From positions 13,144,001 through 13,208,000 of the forward strand of contig NC_087436.1 of the NCBI RefSeq assembly GCF_036321535.1: a DNA stretch of 64,000 nucleotides, in the 5' to 3' direction. Position 1 is the stretch's first letter. Every line of letters begins with the position of its first letter. The notes under the pieces were generated by a model. The model ran no database searches, was not told the origin of the DNA, and saw only the letters and a list, made by a program, of their open reading frames with translations. A program made the translations under genes and the position numbers. Source of the stretch: Camelus dromedarius. Lineage: Eukaryota. Below are positions 26,331 through 39,988 of this stretch, piece by piece.

Positions 26331-29300
26331 CCATTGCTTCCATCCCCTGCTTTTCTGAAACAAGTCCTTGAAATTACCCACTCTCATTTTCAGACTGCAA
26401 TCGTCCCTTCAGCGTAGATAAAAATGCTACAGGTGCAGTTAGAAGATGTAGTTAGAAGTTGCCCACATTAATCACATAGACCATCTGGAACAAAGCATAA
26501 CTGAACTAAGGGCGTGAGTGCAAGAGCTCTTCCTGATGAAAGCAAGGCATCTATGTGTTAAGAAGGAGCAGAAAAATGGTCCTCTCAGTCAACAAGATGA
26601 GCGATGAGATGGAGCTGTTTTCAGTTTTGGTTTCCCTGAAGGCATAAATTACTGGGAAAAAAAAAAAAACAATATTGAAAAATGCAGTTTAGAAAATGTT
26701 TTCTAGAGTCCTACTGCCTTCCCTTGGAGATGGCATTTTATGCCATCTTGCATTTGTTTGGTTCTTATTTCCAAAGTGCTTTTAGTATTATCTCGGTTAA
26801 TTCTGTTAATAACTCTGAGAGAAAAGAGCTGTAGTGAAATTTGGCCCAGTGGACAGGTGAGCTCACTGAGGACAGGTGAGCTTCACTTACTTTGACATCA
26901 TGTAATTATTTAATAACAAAAAGGATTTAAATCTATGTCTGTTGAGTTGTGTGCTTTCTCAGCTTCTATTTCCTCTGCCACCCCCCCACCCTACCTTTGT
27001 ACCTCCCAGTTTTTTATTCCTGTTTTTCTCTCCTTTTATAACTCTTGGGATCGCTCTGATTTACCACCAGGAGAAATAGGGGGAATTGAACTAACTGAGG
27101 AAGTCGTCATCATTTTTATGTACTCCAATAAAGTTGACCACATATATTCCATGCAATCGACTATTCAAGGTCAAAGTTAGTTAGTATCCCGGAGGGGTTC
27201 CCAAAACTTTTCAGCAGAGGAAAAAGACAGAGGAATCGAGGGTGGAAATAACGGGGAAGGGAGGTTAGTAAGGAGGGTGGCTAAGAGCCCCACTCAGGGA
27301 GGGAGGCTGAGGAACAGAAAAAGATTTTGCTGTCTTTATTGTTTTTACCTTTGTGACCTTCTTACAGTGTCAGTGACATCTATGACCCTCCTGAGCTTCT
27401 GGAATATCCAGGAGCCCAAACTGTGCCTCCTGTTGCTTTCCTGTGGAAGGAACAGCTGAACTTCTCCAACGGGCTTCCTTTCTTATCACAGGCATCCAAA
27501 GATTCTTGTAAATAACATGCTTTCAAGATAGTCTCTTTTGTCAGCTGCCTTGTTTACTTTCTACAAAGCTTCAGGGGACTGAAACCCTGTATTTTCATGA
27601 AAACACTTGCAATCCATTGTTCTCTACCATTATCTAGCTTGTGTCAAGGTCACCCATTTCCGTTGTTGAGCTTCCATAGGACCGGAAGTAGTGCTGAAGA
27701 GTCTCAGGAAGCGCTGGGCTTGGCCCTGCCGCAGAGGGTGACTCTGCTTAGCTTCCTATATATCTCTTTTCCTCTGCTGGGCTTCCTCACTAATGCCGTC
27801 CATTGTAGACATTTGCTCCATCAGCCTTTGCTGGGGGTGAGGGTGCAGCAGTGTGCAGAATGGGTAGGAACAGAGGCACAGCGGAGCAGATGCACTCTCT
27901 GGCCACCTCGTCCTGCTGAAATCTGACAGCCCCACTGCACTAATATTGATAGGGGAAGCCAGCTGGGAGGCAGAGTGTCTGTGGTCTGTGGCCACAAGCC
28001 TTGGTCCAATCTAAGTTGATGAAAACTTCTCTTGGAAATATTTAGTTCTCAAGCTAGCTTGAACGGCAAATCTGGTGTGAAATAGATCTTATCCTGTCTC
28101 CCTGCCATCAGTCACTTTTCAGATTTCATCCTGGAATACAAACATGCTGGATAAATTTAGCCTGAGGAGAAGCACTATGTATCTTTAATGGCCAATAGCA
28201 ATTGATCTGGAGAGACTTGCTTTCTACCACCCTCTATAGCCCAGTAAATGGCTAAGTGAATTGTCTTTTCCATAGCCAACAATTCTCGCTGGTGCTTTTC
28301 CAAAGAGCCACAGAAACCAAGAAAAATATATCATGAATGTTACTGAAAGTAAACTGGTTTTTGAGACAATGAAAACATTTTATTCATTAAATTAAAGCAG
28401 AATGGCAGTGGCCTGCTTTTAATTTGCATTGCCCATGAAATTGAAGCGATGTATTCATCTTGATTTTTCATGCTCATTGTCTCTATTTTAAAAGGGTCAA
28501 CTTCAATTGCCTTTTATTTGCTCAGGTTGTTTAACTTTGCGTCTGTTTTTGGCCCAGATTAAACAAGTGCATTGAAATGTCATCATTTGACACGTGGCCA
28601 GTTGTCTCTTTTAGTGAAGCCACTTGTCCTCATAGAGTAAATACTTTGGAGCCCCCAAAGGGGGTGTTCTCTTTGGGAATGAAACAATGTTGTGCATAGG
28701 GATTTGGTAATGGGAAAAGACTTCTAGTACCGAAGAAGTTAAAATTGAAAAAATCCTCACGAAATAGTCCAAAGCAGACACAAAGTATGGTGTATAAGTA
28801 CATTTCATCATTTTCAAAATCAGCCTCAGAATTAGGAAAAGGAAGAAGGTAATTGAGTCACACAGGTTCCAAGTGGTTTTGTAACATGATACTGATCATT
28901 TCTCAAATCATTCTTAACCCCCAAGAATTTGAGATGCGTGAAAGGCATATAGAAACATCTTTATTTTTTAAGCATAGAAACAGTAATTTTTTTTTAACAC
29001 AAAACCTTTCAAGTTAAACTAATGGTTTACGTTAAAACTGTTAGCTTTTGCAATGGACACAACATTTTAAAGTGTTCTAAATATCTCAAAATGGGTGACT
29101 ATACAAGAAACTCTGTGCCTCAGAGAGGAGGACATAAATGTTTGTGTCACCAAAATCAGGGAATAAATATGTTGTCTAAGTGTCCTTTGACTTGTACGTG
29201 TCAGCAGCATTATTCATTTGTAATTACTTATAACTAAATAATTATAAGCACCATGTACACACATTTTTCTTTTGTAGCAAAAGATCATTAAACCAAAAGA

Positions 29301-30844
29301 CTAAAGAGAATTTAATTTACAGAATATTTCTTAATGAAATCAAAATTTTTTTCTTTTACAAAGTACAGATAAAGTAGTATTGAATATTTATAAATGGAAT
29401 TAAGGGGAGGAGTTATGGTTCTTAATAGGCTCACACTAAAAATTCCAAAGACTTTTATAAGGAAGGGGATTGTGAGACCTGGAGGCAAAAGAAAAACTTT
29501 CTTTAATCTTTCAGGTCTTATTTTGAAATAATAAAAAACTGCTTTGAACAGATTTTTTATTTTATGGGTCCAAAACATTTTCAATAAGGAAATAATTTTC
29601 AATTTTCTATTAAATAGGAATCATAGGAGTGGTGTTTCAATTATGTAAAATTCCGGATTAGTAGAGTACAAATTAAAGAGGAATTATGGTAAAATAGAAA
29701 CAGATTGTACCAGTTTAGTTTCAGAGGTACCTCAAAAATTCAGCACAAAGCAGGATTTTAGAACACATTGTGATTATCAACTCTGTGGGCAGCGGCTGTC
29801 TTCTGAATTTGGAAGGGGCTACACGTCTGAGCTGCCAGGCCTTCGTTTCTCATAGGATGCCATACTGAAACGGCTTAGCCATCTCCCCCCAAGAAGTTAG
29901 TTTGAGAGGAAGATGAATTGGAACTTCAGAGTGAAAATGAGCAGCTGAGCTTTCGTCATGGGAGAAAGAAAAGTTTTATAACTGGACACATGTGATAGTC
30001 ATTTACTTTGTTATTAATGCTTTTGAACCTAAGTGCATCTAGCATTACAGATATCACACAAAGAATAGGCCATTCTTTGGGCTGGAGTGAGCTCAGAGAA
30101 AGAGTCCAAGGATTTCTCTGGTGGGCCAGAACACTCCGGGCATTTTTTCCCCCCATCACTTCCTGTTTATTGCCACTTTGCCCTCCGTTATCCTTCTATT
30201 GTGGGCTACAGCTAGTCACCGAGGCACACAAAGCTCACGTTGTGACATCAGAAAGGAAATAACACTTCTGGTCCCAATCTGAATTCTGAACTAACTGAAA
30301 TACAGGGCAGAACTCCTGTAGATAGAGATCAGAAAGTCAAATTTGGTGGTAATAAAGCTATTTGTTCAATATAGTTTAGGTACAGCCAAAAATGGGCTTG
30401 ATAGCATTCTTCTGAATTAAACATTCACCCCCAGAGCATAAACCTTCTGCAGGCAGGCATCTCCTCAAGAAGAAAGCAGAGGCCCAATTCCATCTCCCAA
30501 AGTCACCGATCACTGTTGAGTGGTAAAGAGCATTTAAGAGTGTTACTCTAATGCAATGATTCTTGAATGTGTTCCAGGGCTCGGGGATCCACAAACCCTT
30601 TCAGGAATCCACAAAGTCAGAATCACTTTTGTAATGATACTGTTATTTGCCTTTTTCACTCTCATTTTTCACACAAGTGTATGGTGGGGTTTTCCAGAAG
30701 CTGTCTGACACACAGCATTGCAACAGACTGAATGTGAAATTCAGGAAACAGCTGACTTTCATTAAGGCATTCATTAAATAGATTTTTCAAAAATGTAAAA
30801 CAAGGCCGCTTTTCTCACTACTTTGTTTCTTTAGCTTCTGAAAA

Positions 30845-33010
30845 TCTTTTTGTTTTGAAATCATTTGAAACTTACAGAAGAGCTACAAGGATAGTGCTAA
30901 CACAGTTGTGGTGCACACTTCACACAACTTCTCCTGTGAACGTTTCAGGTAACCATGATGCCATGATCAAAACTAAGAAATTAACATCAGTACAATACTA
31001 TGAATTAAACTTTAGAATTTATTCAGAATTCGCCAGTTTCTACACTCATATCCTTATTCTGATCCAGAATCCAATCCAGGATACATCACTGTGTTTAGTT
31101 GTCATATTTCTTTTGTCTCCTCTGATCTGTGATGGTTCTTCATCTTTCCTTGTCCTCATGACCCTGGTATTTTTTAATAATACACAGTCAGGTATTTTGG
31201 AGAATGTCCCTGAGTTTAGGTTTGTCTGATATTTTCTCATGATTGGATTGGAGTTTTGGATTTGGGGGAAGAATGCCACAGAGATAGTGAAGTGCCCTCC
31301 TTTGGAAATATATCATAGCCATATGTCTTGTTACTGGTGATAATCAATTTTATTGTTTGGTTAAGATTGCATCTAAGCAGGTTTCTCCAGCAAAGTTACT
31401 ACTTTCCCTTTGTATTCAACACATATTTTGTCTATACAAACACCCTGTTTCTAGTTGAACTTCTGTCAACTAATTTCAGCATTCGTTGGTAGATCTTCCT
31501 GGAAGTAATTATTATTGTGACGTTCTAATGATGATTTTCTATTTCCCTCACATTTCATCTAAAATTTAATTTAAATAATCTTATGGTTTTCTTTACCACT
31601 CACATATTTATTTATTCAATTATTTATTTATATCAGTATGGACTCATGGACATTTATTTTATTCTTTGGATTGCATAAACTATTATTATTAATCATTTTA
31701 CTCCTCTAATTGTTCCATCTTTGGCCGTTGAGAATTCTTTCATATTGGCTCATGGGTCCTTTGAGACTTCTTTACTTTCTGACACTACAAAATGCTCAAG
31801 CATCATTTTGTACTTTTTCTGCTCCAACCCTGGAATCAATCAGTTCTCCAGGGAACCCTGGTTCCTTTTACTAGAGAAGGTATCTAGAAAACAAGATCTC
31901 TGAGTGCTGGAAGTGCTCATTGCTGTGAGAGTGTCACTGCTTCTAGACACTAAAGCAAACATATATGTATGCATACTAACTCATGTCTATTTGTCTGCCT
32001 ATCTATCTACCATCAATTTTTTTTAAAACACATGAGTTCCTATGAATACCTCCAAATCCAATCCAGCACCACATGGCTCATTCTAGAATCTCCCCTTTGC
32101 TTATTTATAATTTCTTTCTGTTACAGTGAGAAACCTGGCTATTAATTTGTTCAACTCTAAAATACATGTAAAGGAAATTCAGAACTTCTAACCTAGAATT
32201 CTGTGAGAAACAAATGTACCAACTAAAATACAGTGTTTGCATAAAATTATTTTTGTATTTGGCATCATAGTATCCAGTAAACACAGTTTCCAAAGTTAAG
32301 TCAGCTCCTTTGGTCCGTACCTTCTTCATTGTCATTATGTCATACATTTTGTAATGTAGTTATCACAATCTATATTCCATCTTGAGTTCCCCAATGTTCT
32401 TGTTGATTTTCTACTTGTTTGCATACAATAGAATTCACTCATTTTGGTGTATAGTTCTATGGATTTTGACAAGTCCTCTACCAAGACACTATGCAGAATA
32501 GTTCCTAAATGACTCTTAAATGTCTCTCATGCTGTTCTCTTATAGTCAGTCCCTCCCTGCTACTGCAATGCCTAGCAATCACTGATATGTTTTCCATCCC
32601 TATAGTTTTGCCTTCTCCAGAATGTTATATTTTGGGTCTGGCTTCTTTTACTGAGTGAAATGTATCCATTTTTTAATGAATCAATGGTTTGTTGTTTTTA
32701 ATAAAGAGTTTTCCTTTGTATTGATGTACAATTGATTCATCCATTCATCCATTGAAAGGCATCTCTGTTGTTTCCAAGTTTGGGCAACATTGAATAAACC
32801 TATTATGCACATTCACATACAGGTTTTTGTGTAAGCCCAATTTATCATTTTTTTCTTCTTTGGATTGTGCTTTGGTGTTGTATTTAAAATTCTCTGGTAA
32901 ACCAAAGGTCACACAAATTCTCTGATGTTTTCTTCTAGAATTTCTATAATTATGTGTTTTATATTTATATGTATGGTCTACTCTGAGTTAATTTTACATG
33001 AGATGTAAGT
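30845..33010 (-). mobile_element. L1MC-type long 3'UTR plus ORF2 end
   Basis: tcaaaactaagaaattaacatcagtacaatac, ccctggaatcaatcagttctccagggaaccctggttcc and catccattcatccattgaaaggcatct. Confidence 0.8.
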
Positions 33011-33159
33011 TAGGAGTCAGCCTGGCTCTTTTTCATAGTAAGGATGAGAGCATCTTTCTCCCAGCTTATTACATCCTGATATGTAAGCAGAAGTGTACTA
33101 AACTGGTTTTTTGTCCAGGAACGTGTAGTTAATTTCCTCCCATTTGCCTGTGTTTTTTA

Positions 33160-33390
33160 AAAAGAACTTTATTGAGATAACTTTGACATATGAAAATTAT
33201 GTATATTTAAGGTGTATAACTGATGTTTTGATATATGTATGTACTGTGAAAAGATCACCACAATCAAGCTAAATAACTTATCCACCAAATCTACATAGTT
33301 ATCATTATGTGTGTGTGTGTGGGTGTGTGTGTGTGGGTGTGTGTGTTTGTTAATGGAATTAATGGAATGTGTACTCTCTAAATACACGTG
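33160..33390 (-). mobile_element. L1MA9-like 3' end containing a (TG)n tract
   Basis: tttattgagataactttgacata...gtgaaaagatcaccacaatcaagcta. Confidence 0.7.
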
Positions 33391-33514
33391 TGTGTTGAGA
33401 AGTTTCAAAAATCTATAAAAATATGTTATTTATGTTAGTAAGTAAAAGTATAATATTGTTATATTTAAATAAACATTTAAAAAATAACTTATTTTTAATT
33501 TCTGATGTAAAGTA

Positions 33515-36500
33515 ACTTCACTTCCTTCCAAGTTGAAGCAACAAGGATACGTAAATATCCTCTTAAATTAAACAAAGAAAAGAAAGGAAACAATGATTTT
33601 AGACATTGGACAACAAGTATCACAGGACTGTGATACTAAGAGAGGGGAAATAGACAAGGAGAGTCCAACAATTGCCTCAGATTACTTCCTTGAGAGAATT
33701 TCCAGGCCTCAAGGCAGACAGGAAGAAACCTAGGTGAAGCTTAGCGATCTCTCTGTGTTCAGAAAGTGGAGCTGGGAGTTTAGGAATGCTAGAGTAACTA
33801 GAGTTCACAGGGAAGAGTACTGGAGAACAGAAAGCTGCCCAGAGACAGAACACAGGAAATGTGCGGAGAGCCCCTTCAAGTCTTCAGCTGCATACTGATG
33901 AGTACATGGCTTAAAAAACAAACAAAAAACTACACAACACTGGGAAAGAACTACCTAAAAGGAACACTCGGAATAATCCACAGGGCTCACACATGACCAG
34001 GAATAGTTTGTGTTCCCATGAGTCATAATGAAAAAAACTGTAATATGTAAGGCACTGGGTAGAAGTGCTTGGTATCTGTAGTGGGGCAAAATTAGCCTTA
34101 GAAGAAAAGCTGTTTCATTCGCACTTAACAAAGTTTAAAAATGCAGCTCAGTCCACCTCAAAAGTGTCAAGCTATTTACTAACAACTTAGCTATATCTCA
34201 GAATAAAACTCAAAAATATTTTTAAATATGTCAGAATATCCAATAGCCAACAAGGTAAAATTCACAATGTCTGCATCCAATCAAAAATAACTAAACATGC
34301 AATAACACAAGATAATATGGTTTATATTGAAAATGACAGCATATTTATCATCAGAAAGAATGCAACTTAGAATTCTATACTGAGGAAAAATACCTTTTAA
34401 AAATGAAGACTTTTTCAGATATTTAAAACCCCCAAATATTCATCGTCAGCATACCTGCATTGCAGAAAGTGACAAAGTCCTCAGACAGAGGAGAAATAAC
34501 ACTACAGGGAAATATGCATGTACATGGTGGAACAAATATTCCTGGAAATAGTAAAAATGTGGGTAAATATAAAATACATTTTTCTAAATTTCAACATTGT
34601 ATCAAAATAAAATCAATACAATATATGGTGGGATTTATAACAAATATAAAATAAAAAGGCATGACAATACTGGGACAGAGACTGGGATAGGGGAAACAGA
34701 AGTATAAATCTTAAGGTTCTTATAATGTGCATGAATTTATATAATATTACTTGATTGTAGACTATAATAAGCTAAATACATATCCTATCAACCTTAAAGC
34801 AACCATTGGAAAAATACAAAAGGTATGAATATTGTATTAGTTTCTTATTGCAGCTGTAACAAGTTACCACACATTTAGTGTCTTAAAAAATATATACAAA
34901 TCTATTCTCTTACAGTTCTGGAGGTCAAAATTATAAAATGGGCCCACAGAGCTGGGTTTACTCTGGAGGATTTAGGGGAAATTTTGTTTCCTTGCATTTT
35001 CTGACTCCTAGAGTCAGCTTACACTCCTTGCCCCATGTCCCTTCCTCCATTTTGAAAGCCAGCAGTGTAGCATTCTCTCTTTTTTGACCTCCTGCCTCCC
35101 TCTTAAAAGACTCTTCTGATTACCTCAGGTCCACCCAGGAAACCCTGATCTCTGCCTCTATCTTCACACAGTATTCTCCCTGTGTCTTCACATTGTCTTC
35201 CTCTTCCTCCCTTTTGTGGCATTCTCTTTATAAGGACACCAGTCATACTGTACTCCAGTATGACCTCATTTCAACTAATTACGTCTGAAAAGATCTATTT
35301 TCCAACAAAGCCACATTCTGAAGTACTGAGTGTTAGGACTTCAAAATACAAATTTTGAGGTAAAAAAATTCAACCCATAACAGACACAAATTACCAAAGC
35401 TCACTCAATAAGAAATAGATAACTGGAATAGACTTATACCTGTTAAACAAACTGAATTTGTATTTAGAAATCTATTCTCAAGGAAATTCCAAAACCTGAT
35501 AGCTTCATTGATGAATTCTACTACCAATAAGTAATATGTATTCTACACAAATTCTTCATGAAAGTTGAAGAGGAGAGAATATTTTTCAATTTATTTTATG
35601 AAGTCAGGCTTACCTGATACCAAAACTAGAAGAAAACATTACAGGAAAAGTATAGATCAATTTCCATCATGAAACTAGAAACAAAAATTCTTAACAACTT
35701 TTAGTAAATTAAACCCCCAAATATGTAAAAAGGATAACACACAATGAGCAAGTGAGGTTTATTGTAGGAATGTGAGGCTCGTGCAACACTTGAAAATAAT
35801 TGAATGTAATTCAAGTGAAAGTGTAAAAACCATGTGATCATTTCAGTAGGTGCAGAAAAAGCATTTTACAAAAGTTAACATCCATTCTTTATAAAAACTC
35901 TTAATAAGTTAAGAATATAAGAAACTTCCTCAACTTGATAAAGGTCGTTTACAAAAACCTAGAGTTAACATTACAGTTAATGGAGAAATACTGAATGCTT
36001 TTTCCCTAAGAAGGAGAACAAAATAAAGATGTGTGCTTTCATAAGTTCTATTCAAAATCAAAATATAGGTCCTAGCCATTACAATAAGGCAAGAAAAATA
36101 AATTAAAAGTATGTAGATTGTAAAGGAAGAAATAAAATTGTCTCTATTCATAGACAACATGTTTGTCTTATGTAGAAAATCCCAAAGAATCTATAAAAAA
36201 CAAAACAAAACAGAAAAAAAGCTCCAAGCATTAATAAATGAGTTTAGCAAAATCACAAGACAAAAGATCTAAGTACAAAATTATGTGAAGTTCTATATGC
36301 TAGTAATAAATGATCAGAAAATGAAATCTTTTAAAAGAGCCATTGATTTTAGCACCAAAAACATAAAATACTTAGGTATAGATCTAAGAAAATGCATGCA
36401 AAATCTATACACTGTAAGTTTAAGAATTTTGATGAAAAATATCAAAGAATGCATAGATAAATCAAGAAATATGTCAACAGATTAGAAGATCAAATGATGT

Positions 36501-36990
36501 TAAAATATCAGTTCTCCACAAACTGTTTAATAGATCCAATGCAATTCCAATTAAAATCCCAGAATAATTTTTTTTGTAGAAATTGGAAAGTTGACTCTAA
36601 AATGTATATGATAATTCAAAGGAACTAGTAGTCTAATTTTGTAAAGAAAAAGTAAAGAACTCACATTACTTGACTTTATGACTTACTGTATAAAGCTACA
36701 GTAATCAGGACAGTGTAGTATTAGTGAAAGGTAGGCATATAGATCATTGAAACAGAAAAAAGTGTACAAAAATAGGCCAACTTATATGTGAAAAATATAT
36801 TTTCAACAAAGAAGAAAAGATAATTCAATGGAGAAAAGATGCTCTTTTCAAAAAATGGTGTTGAAACAATTGGATTACCATATGTCACCTCCCTAAAAGA
36901 GTTTTGATCCATTTCTTGTACTCTATACAAAAATTAACTCAAAAATGGACCATAGACTTAAATACAAAACTTAAAAGTATAAATTTTACT
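33515..36990 (+). mobile_element. Old L1M, from 5' region to ORF2, internally deleted and degraded
   Basis: ORF2 motifs: gcagaaaaagcattttacaaaagttaacatcc (AEKAFxK) and tctctattcatagacaacatg (SLFxDxM). Confidence 0.85.
34833..35382 (-). mobile_element. MLT1 (B/C/D-like) MaLR LTR nested in the L1
   Basis: tgtattagtttcttattgcagctgtaacaagttaccac...cagttctggaggtc...aattcaacccataaca, with TG...CA ends. Confidence 0.85.
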
Positions 36991-37287
36991 TTTTTATCAT
37001 TTTCAGGATAAATGTAAATTATACTTTAAAAATGAAGAAAGGAAAACAATTCTAATATGGAAAATATTAGTAGCTAGAACCCACATAAACAGAAGTTCTT
37101 TTAGTGGTCTCAAAGGCTTATAAGAATGTAACAGGATCCTTAAAACAAAAAGATGGAGAACACTAACTAATGGAAATTCCTTCACATAAACAAATGAACA
37201 GTGAAAAGTAATCATTTCTTTCTCAAAAGAATCTTTTTTTATTATTTTTTCTCCCAAGTTTATGAGTAATTCTAATGTTCTTGTCTA

Positions 37288-37510
37288 ATAATAATGGTTA
37301 CCATTTTTGAATGACTACCATAAGTCTCACAAGAAATACATACATTATCACATTTAATCCATACACCAATCACATAAATTGTCCTTATTTTATAAACAAG
37401 GAAAATGAGGATCAAAGATATTAATTAATGTGCCCACAGCCACATAAATGGCAGAACTAGATTTCAGCCCAAGCCTAATTCTAAAGCCCATGTTCACTCC
37501 TCTACATCAT
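37288..37510 (-). mobile_element. MIR SINE
   Basis: aataataatggttaccatttttgaatgactacc...ttttataaacaaggaaaatgagg...atggcagaactagatttcagccc. Confidence 0.8.
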
Positions 37511-37904
37511 GGGCAGAGCAAATAGACGCCCTCAGGTCAAGAGGATGGAGAACGCTTCACCATCCTGTAACGCAGGCAGAGACAGGGGTTTTGCATCGTA
37601 TGTCTATTCCAAGGGACTAGATTACAAAATGGGAAAGGGATGGGGGAGATGGCAGTGTGGTATAAATGCCAAGAGAGCAGCCAGAAATGGCCTATGAAGT
37701 TTCCATTGCATACTCTGGAGGACTGAGGAGAATGGGGTGGGGGTGGGGGGCAGTTGAGGCACCTGGGAGACCCCTCCTATTTGCCAAAAATCTGAAGATC
37801 ATGGATCAAGGAATAGGTGCATGGTCATGAAAAATTTAATGTGTATCTTTCATACATAAAACAAAAAAGGCAGTATTGTTATGTCTTGGGAAAACAAACA
37901 GACT

Positions 37905-38375
37905 TTCCCAAGACCCTTTCTAGAAACCTACAAGGTCAAAACTATTTGTATAATATTCAGCCATTATTTTGCTTTTTCACTCTTTCTTTTGTGCATGTAC
38001 AGTGGAGTTTTCCAGAGGCTACATGATATATGAAATTGCAACAGATTCAATCTGCAGAAGCAGATCTGAGAATCTGGTTGTCTTCTGTTAAGTCAAAACA
38101 TTGAAAAATTTTGCAAAAGTGCAAAACCGTGTTACTCTTCTCACTAAATTTATTTCTGTTCTGGAAAATATGATTTTTATAATCATATATTATGTTAAGG
38201 TGAAATGAGTTTGTTATTTTAAATAAATGAATAAAGGTTTTAAAGATTTGTACATTTTAATTTCTAATATGGTAATTATCAATAGATAGAAACCGTGTAA
38301 ATCAAAGCTTTTTGGAGTTCTCAGTTTTTTAGAGTGTGTCAGGGTCCTTAGATCAAAAAGTTTGAGAATCACCAG
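37905..38375 (+). mobile_element. Charlie4a-like hAT element, second copy
   Basis: gtacagtggagttttccagaggctacatg...aaaaagtttgagaatcacca. Confidence 0.8.
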
Positions 38376-39237
38376 TATAATGAAAGTCATTTTAAAGATG
38401 ACTAGTCTGAGGCCTACAGAGCAGAAATGAATTGTCCAAAGTAACTACTATCTGGCAGAGCTTAGACCAAAGCCAGGATTTCCCACCCTAGATGTTTTCA
38501 TCAATGCACTCTGACTCTCTCCTTTGTCCCTTCTCTCTTTCTCGATCCTGTCTGCCCAACTGCACCACTGTACCCAAAGGCACATCACTATTTTTATGCA
38601 AACATACCTGACCTCACTTACAAACAGGGGTCAGAACTCGTCACAAGTTATGCCAACCTACCCTACTCAGTGCAGATGTCCTCTCCATCCTCTTCTCCAT
38701 TGGAATTGTAAACATAACTCATTCACCTCCTAGAAACCAATTATTGGAAACAGACATTGAATCTCTACACCATTCCAGGGTGGTCCTTGTGCAGCTTTTC
38801 CCCTGCAGCTCTATTTCTATGCTCTGTTTCTCTTCTTTAATTCACTGGCAAAATGATGCATTTGCATGAATTTAGAATTTCTATAAATGAACTCTGGAAG
38901 GCTTAGCCTATGTCAAAACTATTAAGAGAGTAGAAGGAATGTGTCTTAATGTGAAGGGTGGCAGGAAGGATGTCACATTCTGGTCTATTCACTCACCAGT
39001 AAAGAATGTGTGTGCTTTGGAAAGAAAAGATGTCATTTAAATGGATGCTAATGGACAGACTCTGGCTTCATTAGGGAATATCTTCTGGCTTTGTTGGTGC
39101 CTAGAAAAACAAGTGTAAAAGAACCAAAAAAAAAAAAAAAAAACAAAAACAAAAACAAAAATTCCAAAGGCATTTGTTTTTCAGCTAGCAACAAGATCAC
39201 CTTCCTCTAGATAAGTACAGGTTTATTTGAACATTGA

Positions 39238-39988
39238 TGTAACTAGCAGGACCTGATTGTCATCATCAGTGGCCATCTGATATCTATAATGGTGCTTGTA
39301 ACTGCTTAACTGTATAGTGGTTTAAAGGGTTTTTCTCATGCTCTTGCTGACCAGGGTTAGGCTGGAAAGGAGGGAGTCTTGGGTGGTCCATCCAACCTCC
39401 TTGTGATGCTGGTGCTGCATGCAGGGATCATGCTCAGTGCCCTGCTTTTGTCCCCAGTGCCCTCCTCTTGACCCCTTGTGGTTTCCTTGTATCCTGTTGT
39501 TCAAGCTGCAGATCTCAGCCTACATTAGGACGTCCAAAGCCTCAGCCTGCTTAAAAGGCTAAAAGTATTTATCAACCTGACTTTAAACTGCACAAGGTTT
39601 TCTCTAGAGCTCTTTTCCATGGAGCCCCTTCCTAGGCATCCTTTGTTCTAGGTATAAGAATATTAGGAGAGTCCTAAAGCCAGAGATGAACTTCATACCC
39701 AGCAGAGGAAAGGGGACCACTGCATCTGCAAAAACAAGAATAACTTTGCAACAATTTGTTGTCCTGTATGTGATCTCTATGGAAACTAGCTCTGGCCCTG
39801 GAACTCTTGAGCTTTTACTATAAAACCCTCTGCCTTCTCTCCCCTGTAGGCTCACAGTCAGATGCATTAGCCCACTGTGACTGCCTTTGCCTGACAAAGA
39901 AATGTAGCTGTCTTTTCTTCTTTATCCAAAACTCTGTCCTTGTGTCTCAATTCAATAAGTGGGGTAGGGAGGCCATGTTTTGTCAGCA
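39238..39988 (+). mobile_element. ERV1-like solo LTR, copy A
   Basis: TGTAAC...CAGCA ends, perfect 4-bp TSD TTGA, TATA-like tactataaaa near 39817, and homology to 42634-43358. Confidence 0.85.

Larger units (their letters stand above)
30554..37165 (+). mobile_element. Charlie4a-like hAT element in three pieces (30554-30829, ~33405-33508, ~37048-37165), separated by L1 insertions
   Basis: The pieces are collinear with the more intact copy at 37905-38375. The outer flanks ctctaatg / aactaatg resemble an 8-bp TSD. Confidence 0.7.

Noticed and set aside
26851..26882. 13-bp direct repeat ggacaggtgagct x2
   Set aside because: Only two units, in a MIR-like context; a local duplication and not an array.
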